Positions 39,322-51,868 of a DNA stretch of 64,000 nt are shown piece after piece; position 1 is the first letter of the stretch; the number at the start of each line of letters is the position of its first letter. Both the position numbers and the translations under genes were made by a program. The notes under the pieces were generated by a model. The model had not been told where the DNA came from. It searched no databases and saw nothing but the letters and a program-made list of their open reading frames with translations. This stretch comes from Felis catus. Lineage: Eukaryota. Where the stretch lies: NCBI RefSeq assembly GCF_018350175.1, contig NC_058368.1, positions 28,460,001 to 28,524,000 on the forward strand. Direction: 5' to 3'.

Positions 39322-39754
39322 GGATTATCCATTTCATCAGTTGATGGAATACCACACGGCAACAAGAAAGAATGAAATGTGGCCCTTTGTAGCAATGTGG
39401 ATGGAACTGGAAAGTGTTATGCTAAGTGAAATAAGTCATACAGAGAAAGACAGATACCATATGTTTTCATTCTATGTGAATAGAATGTGGATCCTGAGAA
39501 ACTTAACAGAAGACCATGGGGGAGGGGAAGGAAAAAAAAAAAGAGGTTAGAGTGGGAGAGAGCCAAAGCGTAAGAGACTCTTAAAAACTGAGAACAAACT
39601 GAGGGTTGATGGGGGGGTGGGAGGGAGGAGAGTGTGGGTGATGGGCACTGAGGAGGGCACCTGTTGGGATGAGCACTGGGTGTTGTATGGAAACCAATTT
39701 GACAATACATTTCATATTTAAAATAAAAAAATAAATAAATAATTTAAAAAATAA
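39322..39754 (+). mobile_element. 5'-truncated felid L1 (ORF2 end plus 3' UTR) with a short 5' inversion
   Basis: ORF2 end WPFVAMWMELESVMLSEISHTEKDRYHMFS; L1_Fc-type 3' UTR and A-rich tail. Confidence 0.93.
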
Positions 39755-40354
39755 GCATTAAAAAAAACTTCTTTTAATAAAAAAAGTAAACAAACTCTTA
39801 AGAACATTTTCCCCTCCCATTAAACAGCTGCTCATTTCAGGTATACTATGAATGTATAATTTTCAGCATTTTATGTGCCATAGACATTATATTCTCTGTA
39901 TTGGTTTTTATGCCTACTTTTTGAAACTTCATTGGAGGAATCAAATCTAATGATAATCAACTTTCAGTCATGTCTGCAGTGGCAAGTGACCCCTGAACTA
40001 AAATGACTCTTTGTTCCAGTGCTCATTTAGTTCTAAAAATAAATGCTACCACATGGTTTCTGTGTTTTACACAACCGAGAAAAGCCAGCATGGGTGTGCG
40101 GTAACCGCGAGATTCCAAATGCACCCACAGATAGCTCACTGAAAATGTTCAGGGTAGTTAGATAAACCAAATAAATTGCCTCTGTATTTCTTTCTAGTTA
40201 AAAAAAAAAAAATTAAAAAAGCTTTCTTTACAAACTTCCATAAAAAGTATTAACAATCTCATACAATAATTTCCTTAAAAATGATGACTCATTTAAGATG
40301 TAGCCTAAACAACATTAAAATGTAATAAAAGCAGTCATTTGGACAACACATTTT

Positions 40355-40568
40355 TAAAAATTTTTTTTTAACATTTATTTATTTTTGAGACAGAGAGAGA
40401 GCATGAACAGGGGAGGGTCAGAGAAAGAGGGAGACGCAGAATCTGAAACAGGCTCCAGGCTCTGAGCTGTCAGCACAGAGCCCGACGCGGGGCTCGAACT
40501 CACGGACCGTGAGATCATGACCTGAGCCGAAGTCGGACACTTAACCGACTGAGCCACCCAGGCGCCCC
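40355..40568 (-). mobile_element. CAN-SINE (SINEC_Fc type)
   Basis: Perfect TSD tggacaacacatttt at 40340-40354 and 40569-40583. Confidence 0.95.
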
Positions 40569-40889
40569 TGGACAACACATTTTGAAAAGCCTAATGTATA
40601 AATGTGATTGTGATGGCTTTCAAATCATTAAAAAGCTGTTCTTTATCATATACATCTATATAACAAGGTATGATTGAAATTTCATCCATTATAGCACAGT
40701 TGCTTTCCCGAATAACCTATTAATATGAGGTAACAGTGGAGATAAATCTTCACTGCACCTCTGAAACATAGGCAGGGTGGGACGCCTTCTCAAGATAAAG
40801 TTCATCCACATACTCCTTCAAAATTCCCAAACTTGTTGGGAATTGGCAACACGCTTCCACTTGTGAAGCGCACGGGGGGGATAATGACC

Positions 40890-41110
40890 TCAGGGTTATG
40901 ACAGCCACTAGCGCTTGGTAAACTATATGTGCTCGTCACTGGGCTGGGGATTGCGATGTGTTATCACATTTCACTTAATCCTCATAACCCCATGAGGCGG
41001 GCTCCGTCGCCGTCCTCAGTTACAGGTGAACTCATTTGCCCAAAGTCACGTAACTAGACAGGGCCAAGCAGGACACAAACCCACACTGTTGGACTTCATG
41101 GTCTAAAGTC
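40890..41110 (-). mobile_element. MIR remnant
   Basis: atttcacttaatcctcataaccccatgagg...atttgcccaaagtcac. Confidence 0.7.
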
Positions 41111-42989
41111 TGCAACCGAGTAAGTCACAGAAAGCCGGGATATACGCATCATGGTAAGTGAGAAAGAGACAAACAGAGCAGCGGAGGTGAGAAGAGAGAG
41201 AGAACAGGGGCAAAGACTAACCAGATGGAAAGAACACTGTGTGAGAAGGAAGCACCCTGGCTTATGCATCAGGAGGGCTGGGACCCTTCCCCAGGAAGGG
41301 GGGGTCACTGATGTGACCAAGGGGAAGTCAATTCTCTCCGGTCTAAGAGAAGAACACCTTTGCCTACAGCACAGTGGTGTGTTAAAATAAAAACGTGAAA
41401 GTGGAAATAAAACACCAGAACACCATGCAGAAATCAATAAAACAAGAAAAAAGAAAGGAAATGAGACAATTGGAAAATGAACGCCAAAATTAAGAACGTC
41501 TCGTGGATGCCACCATTGTAGACATGCTATGGTAGAACTTAAACTACACATAAATTTGCGATAAACGTTAATGAATCCTGAAGGATTATAAATTGCCAAG
41601 AAGGCTGTCAGGGTTGTCCTTTTCCATTCCCTGATCACATCACTGACACCTAATGTCACGGAAAATGCTTTCTGTTTTTTGTTGTTATTGTCACTGCCGT
41701 CTATTGCAGAAGACACATGTAAAACCTGAAACTCCAACCTTGGTTAAAATTAGCCCAATTTAAGGGCTAAATATGCATGTATGGATGTGTACATACACAT
41801 ATCTGTATATATTTAAAAATCTGTTTATTTCAACACTGTGAGATCCGGAGGAAAGGAATTTGGCGATGTTGTGTGCCCAACAGAAACAGTCAGCTAACAA
41901 ATGGGCGTTGTTTGAAGCCACAGAGTTTGTGGTAATTTGTTACAAAGCAATTGAAAACTAACATGTACCTGAGGTGACTAAGACAACCAAAAAAAAAAAA
42001 AAAAAAAAAAACCACCAAGAAAATTATTCATTCCAAGGATGGGAGCACAGGACTGTGCAAGGAAGGAAAAGTAACCATCAAGTAGGCAGGTCTGAACCAT
42101 GTCCACAAGTCCTGTGACGCAACGCTCATGGTGTTTATGTTCCCTCCTTTGAAGCTCAGTCAGCCTTAGTGACTCACTCATAACCCACAGAATGCGGCAG
42201 AAATGATGCTGAGTAACCTTCCATGTTAAGTCAGTTTCTGCCGTGGTCTCTAAAACAGTGCTCTAGGACCCGTTCTACTAGAGAGCTTGGCATTGGGTTT
42301 TCAGGCAAAGCACTGCATTTCCATTTTCCATTTGCTAATTATAGATTTTCCATTTACTATTGTCCCTTGTCAATACATCATCCTTAGGGACTTCAAGGCA
42401 TGGCTGTAGTGAAGCTGAATTTGGCCATTCCTGTATTCTCTAGCCATAATACCACCAAACTACACCATTAACCTTTGACATGAACTAGCTAAAATAACAG
42501 CATTAATAGCAGTCAATGCAATCCAGAAAGGTAGGATATTTAAATATTTAAAGATAGAGAGGATTGCCAATTATTGGTTGAAAATCTATCTCTTATTCTA
42601 TTTTATGCCATAGAAAGTTCTACCAAACTGATTTGCTATAAGACTCTAAGCAATCTGCCTAATATTTTAGTCTCCCCATTTCTGGACCAACAAACTTCAG
42701 GAATAACGTTTGGTTGAGTGGATAAATTTCTTGAAAATATTTCAACCAAAAGTCTTTTCATGTGTAAAATAAACTTTCATCTTATTAATTAAATAAACAA
42801 ATACTTATGGGTAAGTTACTATGAGGTAAAACAACATGACAGAGTTTCTGTCCTCAGGGAGCTGATAATAAACATAAGTACCTAATTAAATAAAAAAGGC
42901 AGAATATAGTGAGTTCTATAATAAAAAAGATACAACAGGAGAGATTGAATGTACTTGTAGGCCAAGAAAGAGCTATGCAAAGGACGTGA

Positions 42990-44450
42990 ATAACTTCTCT
43001 TAAATTCAAGCTTTTCACTTCCTTTTACCTTTATATACACCAACACCTTGGACCTCATCTTTACCTGAAATTGTTCTATCTTTCAAATCTTAAATTTTGG
43101 AACCCTCTTTCAAACTAAATTCTAGATCCCTTTTGGGGAGAAACTCTGTCCACTCCCCCATGAGCGTCCAGTGTCCATAGAGGAGAGAGGACTACTAGGG
43201 AAGGCAAGTGGTTCATCACCCTACCCCACCTTCACTTGGGAGGAAGGAAAAAGAAGCAACAATTTATCAGAAGCTCTGTACTTAATGGTTGTTGGGTCTT
43301 GTTCAGCCATGAATAAAGCCGTCCCTCACTCCCTACGTTTTATTCTCAAGAACCGAGAACACAGAAGGGAAGATGGATGAGTTATTGATCCCTCAAACAT
43401 CCAATAATCCCTTTACCTTTCTGTCTGATACATCCTACAAACCATCTACCCTGGATCAATTTAGTTGTTCCCTCTCCCCATCCTAAAGAAAATGCGACAG
43501 GCATAGAAATAAGGTGCATTATTAAACTTGACCTCGATGTTTGCTAGACATTATTTACCACCTCATGATCTACTACAGGTCCCTGTTCAGTGCCAACTCT
43601 CATTTTCTACAGAAGCGACTCCAAAGCCACCTAAACTCTTACTCAGGGCAGATGACCCTGTCTTCAATTTCATTAAGAAAACAGTAGTATTTGGGTTTGA
43701 GATGAATGAACTTCCTGCACACACTTAACTCCATAAACTTTCTGTCTCCTAATCAATGCTGATCTTTACATGAGCTCTGGCTCCCACACCCTTCAGCTTA
43801 TTCAGCAGTCATGCTCCGTCCATTCTCCCCCTACTTCCTGGACACTCCAACTTTGAGTCTAACACTTCTTTTCTCTCTTCACACACATTCAAAGCCCATT
43901 TTAAAGACAAAGCAAAGCAACAACAACAAAACCAAAATTCTCTTCAAGCCTGAACATTCTTCTAGCTTTACTTGTTCTCCTTCTAGCAGCCAAGCTTTTC
44001 AAACCAGCAATCCACCCCGGCCTCCCTGCCTTCCCGCCTTGTTCCGGAGTGCAGCCTAATGCATTCCACCCGGTCCCTGAAGTCATTCCCATCAGTGTGA
44101 CCCAGTCACCTCCAAGGTAACAAATTCCATAAACGCTTTCATCTCTCCTTTGACTTGACCTCTCTGCAGTATTTGATGTCTGAAACTTCCGTCCTAAAAC
44201 TATCTTCCACAGGCTTTTCCTAACATCATCACCTTCTAAAACTCCTCGTATACTTCCGAGTGCTCTGTCTTTATTGGTCCAACTTGAAATTTTAACATTT
44301 TCCCAGGATTCTATTCTTGGCTTTCCTCTCCTCAAACTAAACTCTCCCTGGGGAAGGGGGAGGGGCAGGAATATTTACACCATGAATTATCCCACGTGCC
44401 CATAAATCAATATGGCTAAATCTGAATGCATTTGCTTCCTCCCCCACCCC
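42990..44450 (+). mobile_element. Degraded L2 LINE internal (ORF2) region
   Basis: Remnant coding motifs accttggacctcatc (TLDLI) and cttgacctctctgcagtatttgat (LDLSAxFD, RT domain); boundaries approximate and may be interrupted. Confidence 0.65.
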
Positions 44451-45230
44451 CGCCCCGCCAGTGCTTACCTCTACCGCGGCACTGCTCTGTGTTTGTTCAT
44501 CTGTCTGCCTTCCCTGCCCTGGCATGCCTGGGAGAGGGACACAGCTCGCCTCTGTCAGTAGTGGTAGCTTCTTGAGCAGGGGCTGGGAGTGTGCAGGGGG
44601 CAACAACACAGCAAGAGCAGTGCATCTTAGAGGGCCTAGGAATATGAAGTTATAAAAAGTACCCCAGATGGACTTCACTGCACTGCATTGTGACTAGCGC
44701 ACAGTGGGAATTCAAATCATATTTTTTGAATGAAAGAAGCACAGAAGAATGAGATACGTGGATATGCTTTGCAGAAGTGGCAGAATTCCAACAGCTACAG
44801 AAGGAGGAGGAATCATTCGAGCCAGAGGGAACGGGAAAAGCCCGAGCGCAGACAGAAAGGCTGGACCAGGGAGCTGCACGAGGACAGAGTCTCAGGAACA
44901 CGAGAATGCCGAGGCGTGATTTTATACGACTTTAGGTTGGAGCCGCAAACGCCACTTGACGGGCAACAGTGAGCCAGTGAGTTCCTTCCAGCAATGTGAT
45001 TTGTAATCGGGAAGGAATTCGCTGAAACCGAGGCTACCTCTTAAGTAGCTATCAAATGAATTACTTAAGTGAGAATAAGTGAAGGCCTGAACTATAGCAA
45101 CCACCTCAACTGCAGCAACAGAGCAAAAGTAGAACAGAAGGAAAACACATTCTTTTTACGATTGAAGATAAACAACCTTTTTGAATATTCATAAACAACA
45201 GAATTAAAGTATTACATTTAAAGGAAGTGA

Positions 45231-45680
45231 GGGGCACCTGGGTGGCTCAGTTGGTTGAGTGTCTGACTCTTGATCTCAACTCAGGTCATGATCCCAGGTT
45301 CGTGGGATCGAGCCCCACATGAGGCTTTTTGCTAAGCGTGGAGCCTGCTTAAGATTCTCCCTCTCTCGGGGCGCCTGGGTGGCTCAGTCGGTTAAGCGTC
45401 CGACTTCGGCTCAGGTCACGATCTCGCGGTCCGTGGGTTCGTGCCCCGCGTCGGGCTCTGTGCTGACAGCTCAGAGCCTAGAACCTGTTTCAGATTCTGT
45501 GTCTCCCTCTTTCTGATCCTCCCCTGTTCATGCTCTCTCTCTATCTCAAAAAATAAATGTTAAAAAAAAAATTAAGATTCTCCCTCTCTCTCTCTCTCTC
45601 TCCCTCTGCCCCTCTCCCCAACTCGTGCTCTCTCTAAAATAAAATTAAAAATTAAAAAATTCAAATAAATAAACTTAAAA
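45231..45680 (+). mobile_element. Nested CAN-SINEs: younger copy (45368-45571) inside the body of an older copy
   Basis: Duplicated ttaagattctccctctctc at 45349-45367 and 45572-45590. Confidence 0.93.
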
Positions 45681-45954
45681 GAGGTAAAAATGTTAGAGCA
45701 CAAAAACTAAAAGGTCTAAAATGGAAAACACTGTAAATACTTAAAAAAAAATACATTTAATACCTTGGTTTATTGACCCAAACAGTCATGAACAGTATTG
45801 GGTACACAACGTACTCATCAAGTGTATTACGTTGGCATGAATTCCAATGCACAACAGTTGACACACAGTTGGTAACTAAGAGGACTTTCTGTACATGTTT
45901 AGGAAAGGTCATTCTATGACTTTTGAGAAGGGAGTCAGCAGAATAGAACCATAC

Positions 45955-46035
45955 CGTGAAACTGTTGTTAGCATTTTTGGTGCTTGCTTCAGCTACACTG
46001 GCATCTGAGAGGTCGACTTCATCAAATATCAGAGA
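45955..46035 (-). CDS. DGKH: DGKH coding exon 3 (PH domain), [27 protein letters not shown]
   Basis: Acceptor aacag|TCT, donor ACG|gtatg; 81 nt, phase 0/0. Confidence 0.96.
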
Positions 46036-48105
46036 CTGTTAATGAAAAAGAACACAAACACATTAAATGAAAACCTAACTCAATGCTCGTCAATAATTTT
46101 TGTTGTTGTTGTTGTTGTTATCGGGCCATGACTACGAAGCGATGTCAGGAATTAGGAATAGAAAAGGAAAGGAAAGTCATTCGTGACACTTTGCTGTTTC
46201 TTCTTAAGAAGAGTGAGTAAAACCATGAAGCACAATTAACTCTTAAATCATAAACTGGGAAGGTCTTTAAAAAACCCTGGCACAGTGTTTCAATGCAAAA
46301 TGCTATGTGCCCTCTAGAAGCATAATTTATGGGGAACCTCCTGTGTCACACACACGTACACACAAAGCAACACCTCCTGACCGGCAACAAACAGCCTGTA
46401 ACAACTTTGCCAGCAGGCAAACATCCTCCTTCCCACATTTGCTAAGTAAGAAATGAGAACTAGTCCTGGGTCAGATCATGGTGAGTTCCTGAACTTTCTG
46501 AACCCTATTTTCCTCATCCATACAAGGGTTCAAATGAGAAGGTGAATGTGCTCTGCAAATATAAAATGGAAGTTTCTTTTGTACTCTTCAAAATGGTTTC
46601 AATCAAAAAAAGTTCCCATGAGAAAAACTCCAGAGAAACGGAATCTTTAATATTAGTGTTCCATTTGGAGATTAGGAGATTCTAGTAAATGAACGTATCC
46701 GTCCCACTTTGGGTCATTTGGCCATTGTTCGCACTCATTCCGCGTCCCTGCAGCAGGGCAGGGATGACAGCACACGTCTGGGGCTGCAGACAAGGGACCG
46801 TCCTCTCATAGCTTCCGCCACCACCCCCAAGATCTCCAGGGCGCTTGTGAGTCCACTTCACTCCAACCAACCTGTTAGACTTGTTCCCTGACCAGAAGGA
46901 ACTTAAAATCTAGCACAGGAGAAGAAACAGACACAACCCATTTTAATGCAAGAGAGACTATTAAAAGTGGAAAAGAAGAAATCCGACAGAATACTATGAA
47001 ATTCAGATAATTTCTCCAGCAGAAGACACTTGAACTCTTGCTCTCATGAATGATGGAGTAAGAATATCTGAGGGGATCTTAAAGAAAGCAGGGAGTTTCA
47101 TCAAGTGGAGACAGAGGGAAAGTCATCTGCCGATGGTACACATGGGGTGAGGCCGAAGGCTGTCAAATGGCCAATGCTTCCCTAGAGATGAATGTGAAAA
47201 GTCAGCATGGAGCCAGATCAGGGACAACCTAGAACATAACGACTTTTAAAATAGAATTACTTGGTTTGGTTATTACTTCTACAGCTGCACAGACCAAGAA
47301 TTAGGTTTGTTTGCATATTTGATTTTATCTCCTGGTATATAACTCTACTAATTATATCAGAAACATACAGTTTTTAATATGGAAATTATCAATTATCCAA
47401 GTGAGACAGCAGCAAGACATCTTAATGTTAACTTCTCAAGGAATATTAAAATGTCAGTTTTAAATGGAAGCTCATCATTACTCATTTTTTTCTTACCCAA
47501 CCACATCATTCTTATTTTATTCAACTGTTATGTAACAATCATTTAAAGCCTTGATTTTATTTCACTGTGGTTTTTATTCTTAACTGCTAGCACAATGGAA
47601 TGATTGTTTGTATTATCTCATTTAAGCCTCCCCAGAACAACACATGCTGCCCACAGCCACGCCACTAGAATGTGCTGGAATTGGGATACGAATCTTGTCT
47701 GAAACTGGAGTATGGATTCTTAGAAACTATAGCAATTCTCTCTCTCATGGTCAGGGAAAGATTTATAAAGTAAAAAGGTAGCAAGAAAAGAGGGGAACCC
47801 AACATTTTTGAGTTTATTACATTTAATAAACTTTACACTTAAAGTTTTACTTTAATTGTAAGGGAAGCGGAAAGGAAGAAAGAAAACTACTTTAGAGCCT
47901 TCCCATAAGATTGTCCTTTGTGGACATGCCACGAAATTGACTTAAATAGACTCCCTTGGGATTTGGTCCAAAGTGGATCACATTCATACTAAATGCACAG
48001 AACAGTTAAGGCTATCATGAACACTAAGACAAAAAGTTTACAGAACCAAAATTTTTAACCCATTCACAACTTCAAGAGCTTGCAAGTAATATTCTCCCAA
48101 ATTAC

Positions 48106-48216
48106 CTTTGAGTCCTTTGCATAATAAAGTGTACGGCCTCGAAGTTTGAAGTAACGCTTTTTCCACCTCTGGAAAGAACTGGTTTGCTTCAATAGCTGTC
48201 CCTCTTTAATACTGGT
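48106..48216 (-). CDS. DGKH: DGKH coding exon 2 (start of PH domain), [37 protein letters not shown]
   Basis: Manual minus-strand translation; acceptor ttctccccag|ACC, donor AAG|gtaat; 111 nt, phase 0/0; matches DGK-eta PH domain as recalled. Not in the ORF track. Confidence 0.96.
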
Positions 48217-48278
48217 CTGGGGAGAAAGAGAAGCATAACAACATGATGAAAATCAAATTCAAAACCAAGTAAAATTCA

Positions 48279-48740
48279 GGGGCGCCTGAGTGGCTGAGTC
48301 AGTTGAGTGTCCGACTTCAGCTCAGGTCACGATTTCACAATTCGTGCGTTCGGGCCCCCCATCGGGCTCTGTGCTGACATCTTGGAGCCTGGAGCCTGCT
48401 CCTCATTCTGTGTCTCCCTCTCTCTCTGGCCCTCCCCTGCTTGCACGCTGTCTCTCTCACTCTCTTAAAAATAAACATTAAAGGGGCGCCTGGGTGGCTC
48501 AGTCGGTTAAGCATCCGACTTCGGCTCAGGTCATGATCTCACGTTGCGTGAGTTCAAGCCCCGCGTCGGGCTCTGTGCTGACAGCTCAGAGCCTGGAGCC
48601 TGTTTCAGATTCTGTGTCTCCCTCTCTCTGACCCTCCCCCGTTCATGCTCTGTCTCTCTCTGTCTCAAAAATAAATAAACGTTAAAAAAAAATTAAAAAT
48701 AAAATAAAATAAAATAAAAATAAACATTAAAAAAAAAAGG
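48279..48740 (+). mobile_element. Two CAN-SINEs: younger (48483-48715) in the tail of older (from 48279)
   Basis: Inner TSD aaaaataaacattaaa; outer TSD aaaattca at 48271 and 48741. Confidence 0.93.
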
Positions 48741-49011
48741 AAAATTCAGAGTTAATGACACCCTATCATTGACATTTTGAATATTATTTCCCAGGTCTTA
48801 CAAATTACATGAGAGAATGTTTTCTTCTTTCGACTCAACCAAGGCAGAGCATGTGCAAAGCCCCAAAGAGCTAAGGTGAATTTGACATGGTTCCCTGCCC
48901 TCCAAATAGTCACAAATAATATAGGAGACACATACACCAAACTAATACTTACAGTCAAGTGTGATGTATACATTGCCTCATATATAGTATTTAATAATGG
49001 TGGACAACGTA

Positions 49012-49270
49012 GAGGGGCAATATAATGTAATGATTAAGAGCATGGGGTCTAGAGCCAGAAACCTTATGTGTACCTCCTAAGGCCACCACTTAGTGGCTGA
49101 ATGATCTTAGGCAAGTTACTGAACTTCTTCATGCCTTTATTATTCATCTATAAAATGGGGATGATACCAGGGCATACCTTAGAGGGTTGTTGTGAGGAAT
49201 GCATTAAAAACATATAGAAGACTTATTGCATGGCATACAGTAAGCACTCATCACATGTTATCATTAGCTG
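49012..49270 (+). mobile_element. Near full-length MIR
   Basis: ttaagagcatggggtctagagccaga...tcttaggcaagttactgaac...ctataaaatgggg...catacagtaagcactca. Confidence 0.85.
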
Positions 49271-50532
49271 TGTGTGACTGTAACAAACACACAGTCAAAT
49301 CACTATGCATGGTGGTCCAGAGAAAGTCCAGAGGGCTCAGGGTGGGTTTTGAAGGAATTTATCAGAATGACAAGGGATGGAAATGTGTACCTGAAGTGTG
49401 TGCAAAAGTAGAAGGGTTTAAAACAGCATGCATATTTGGGAAATCTTCAAAGGACTTTCGGTTATAAACGCAGGGTAGGGTTTGCAGCGATAGAGCAGCA
49501 AGAGTTGTGGCTGGAGGAGGTGGGCAGGGGCTCTGTGATTCTGGGCCAGCCCCTGTGGCCACGTGCCTCGTGTATGAAGTTCATCTCAGTATCACCAACA
49601 AGACCCTGAGAACCCTCTGGCCTCATCTAGTATCTCTCCATCCCTTTCTCCCCTCTGTCCACAATGGTGCTTTGTTTCTAAGCTGCCATCAATGCTCCTC
49701 TTAGGTCTGGACACCACCCACTCTCTCCTCCTGGGCCACCCTCCCCTCAGATATCCATCTGAGCAACTCCTTCACCTCCTTCAAGTCTTTGACCTTCTCA
49801 GTGAGACCCACCTCACTGACCTCTTATTTAATACCACAACGAGCTCCCCTGATTTTCCCTCATCTTATTTACTCCCTCACACAAAGGACTTTCCTCTTCT
49901 AACATATAATGTAATTTTCACACGTACTACGTTTATTGTGCTACCTCTATTAGAGTAGAAGTTACCTGAGTTTATTATACCTAATAAAGTTAAATTTAAT
50001 GCTTCATTTTAATCGGAAGGAAAGAAGAAAGGAAGGAGGAAGGAAATTACACTTACAGCAAATTGAACTTATAGTCTTGCTCTGAGAATGTTCTTAGGAG
50101 ACACGTCACAGGACTGACTCAAATAGATTCCACTGGGGTGGGGTCCAGGAAGGGTCACATTTATACTGAATTCATAAAATGCTATAGTGAGTCTCCAAGT
50201 CAAAAACAGCTCATAGAACCAAAGTTTAAAAACCCATCTCACTGGACTGCCCACTGATATACCTCAAGTGCCAAAAATATCATTCAGCACACACGATATT
50301 AGGATCTATATGAATGAAGAGCAGGTACTGAGTTTAAACACATGTCTGTCTGACTCCAGAGTTTACTCCCCATTTCTGTGCCATACCATCTTTTATTATT
50401 AACGAGACATAAAATATCGAGAAAAATCTGTTGCCATCAATAAGGTAGTTAAGGTATATGAACGTTTACTTTCACTTTCAGTATGAGATGTTCTCTATAG
50501 CTTGCTCTAAGATTGTCTTCCAGGAATTGTAA

Positions 50533-50756
50533 TTTTTTTTTTAATTTTTTTTTTATATTTATTCATTTTTGAAAGGCAGAGAGAGACAGAGCACAAGCAG
50601 GGGTGGGGCAGAGAGAGGGGGACACAGAATCTGAAACAGGCTCCAGGCTCTGAGCTGTCAGCACAGAGCTCGACGCAGGGCTGGAACTCATGAACCGTGA
50701 GATCATGACCTGAGTTGAAGCCGGACGCTCAACCGACTGAGCCACCCAGGTGCCCC
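50533..50756 (-). mobile_element. CAN-SINE without a recognisable TSD
   Basis: Full SINE body. Confidence 0.92.
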
Positions 50757-51019
50757 GCAAACAAGATGTTTACATGTTGAAACTCTAAAATTAAAAATAG
50801 CTACTACTTTCATAATAATCTTTGTTTTGCAAAATGTCTCACCTTATGATGCACGTAAATTTCCATACAAACTCATGTGATAAGTGAAATCACTGTTAAA
50901 GATACTAAACAGTTTAATGAAATAGTTGGATGCCATTTCACCTGACTTTCTCTATGCTTATCAAAAATTTTAGGAATTGTAAATTTTGATGATAACAAAA
51001 TATTTTTGAAACTTCGTAC

Positions 51020-51265
51020 CAAAGAGCTCGGTTTGGAGTCAGACAGACAGACTGCAAGCCAGGCTCCATCAGACACCAAAAATAGGAACGTGGGCAAGTT
51101 GCTTCAGCTCTCTGTGCCCTAATTTCCTCTCTTGAAATACAGCAATAATAATACCTACTTCACAAGCTTGTTGCATCTAATTTAATTATACAGTAATGGC
51201 TGCAGAGCACTTAGCACACTGTCTGGGTTACAGCAAACATTCAATAAATGGCAGAAAGTGTTATT
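51020..51265 (+). mobile_element. MIR remnant
   Basis: tttggagtcagacag...gggcaagttgcttcagctctctgtgcc...gcacttagcacactgtctgg. Confidence 0.8.
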
Positions 51266-51747
51266 ATTATGATATCATTATGCTATTAAGTTCAGGGAGT
51301 ATTTGCCAGGCACCAAATCCTAAGAGCTTCTTGGAAGAAGAGAAGTGTTTCCAGGCCACCGTAAGGGCAAAGAACAGCTGGAGCAGGAGGAGAACGTCAA
51401 GAGATGAGGTTCAGGGAGATAAGAGCCAGAAGATGCGGCCACAACGGGGAGTTGGCTTTTCATTCTAAGTGCAAAAAGCTAGTGAAATGGTTGAAGCAGG
51501 AGAGCGAGAATGAGGAAATGTCCCAGGGAGAGGGGCTGGAGATGGAGCGCAGGTGGTAGCATCGTTGAGAAGAAGGCAAGGACAGCAATTTTATTTTGGA
51601 GGCAGAATCCACTGGACTTACTGATTGGCCTAAAAGGCAAGAGAGAGGAGAAGAGCCAACGAAATGTCTTTGGCTTGGGCAACTCGATGGGAAAGCCTGA
51701 GAGAGAAAGGGGCAGGAAGAGTGAGCTGCTTTACTGTACTGCCTTAG

Positions 51748-51868
51748 CATCTGGTGTTGCCTGGGGGAGAGAGTCGGAATTCATATGGTATTGCCCCGGG
51801 GGAGAGAGTCAGAATTCATCTGGTGTTGCCCGGGGGGGGGGGGGGGGGGGGGGGGGGGAGTCGGAATT
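51748..51868. repeat. Three-copy 34-35 bp minisatellite with a G27 run in copy 3
   Basis: Unit catctggtgttgcc-y-gggggagagagtcggaatt at 51748, 51782 and 51817. Confidence 0.92.

Noticed and set aside
39131..39550. 139-aa ORF
   Set aside because: Chance SINE-L1 chimera; only the L1 ORF2 tail is protein-like
41096..41737. 213-aa minus-strand ORF
   Set aside because: Non-ATG start, no similarity to DGKH or any domain I recognise; appears to cross decayed repeat sequence
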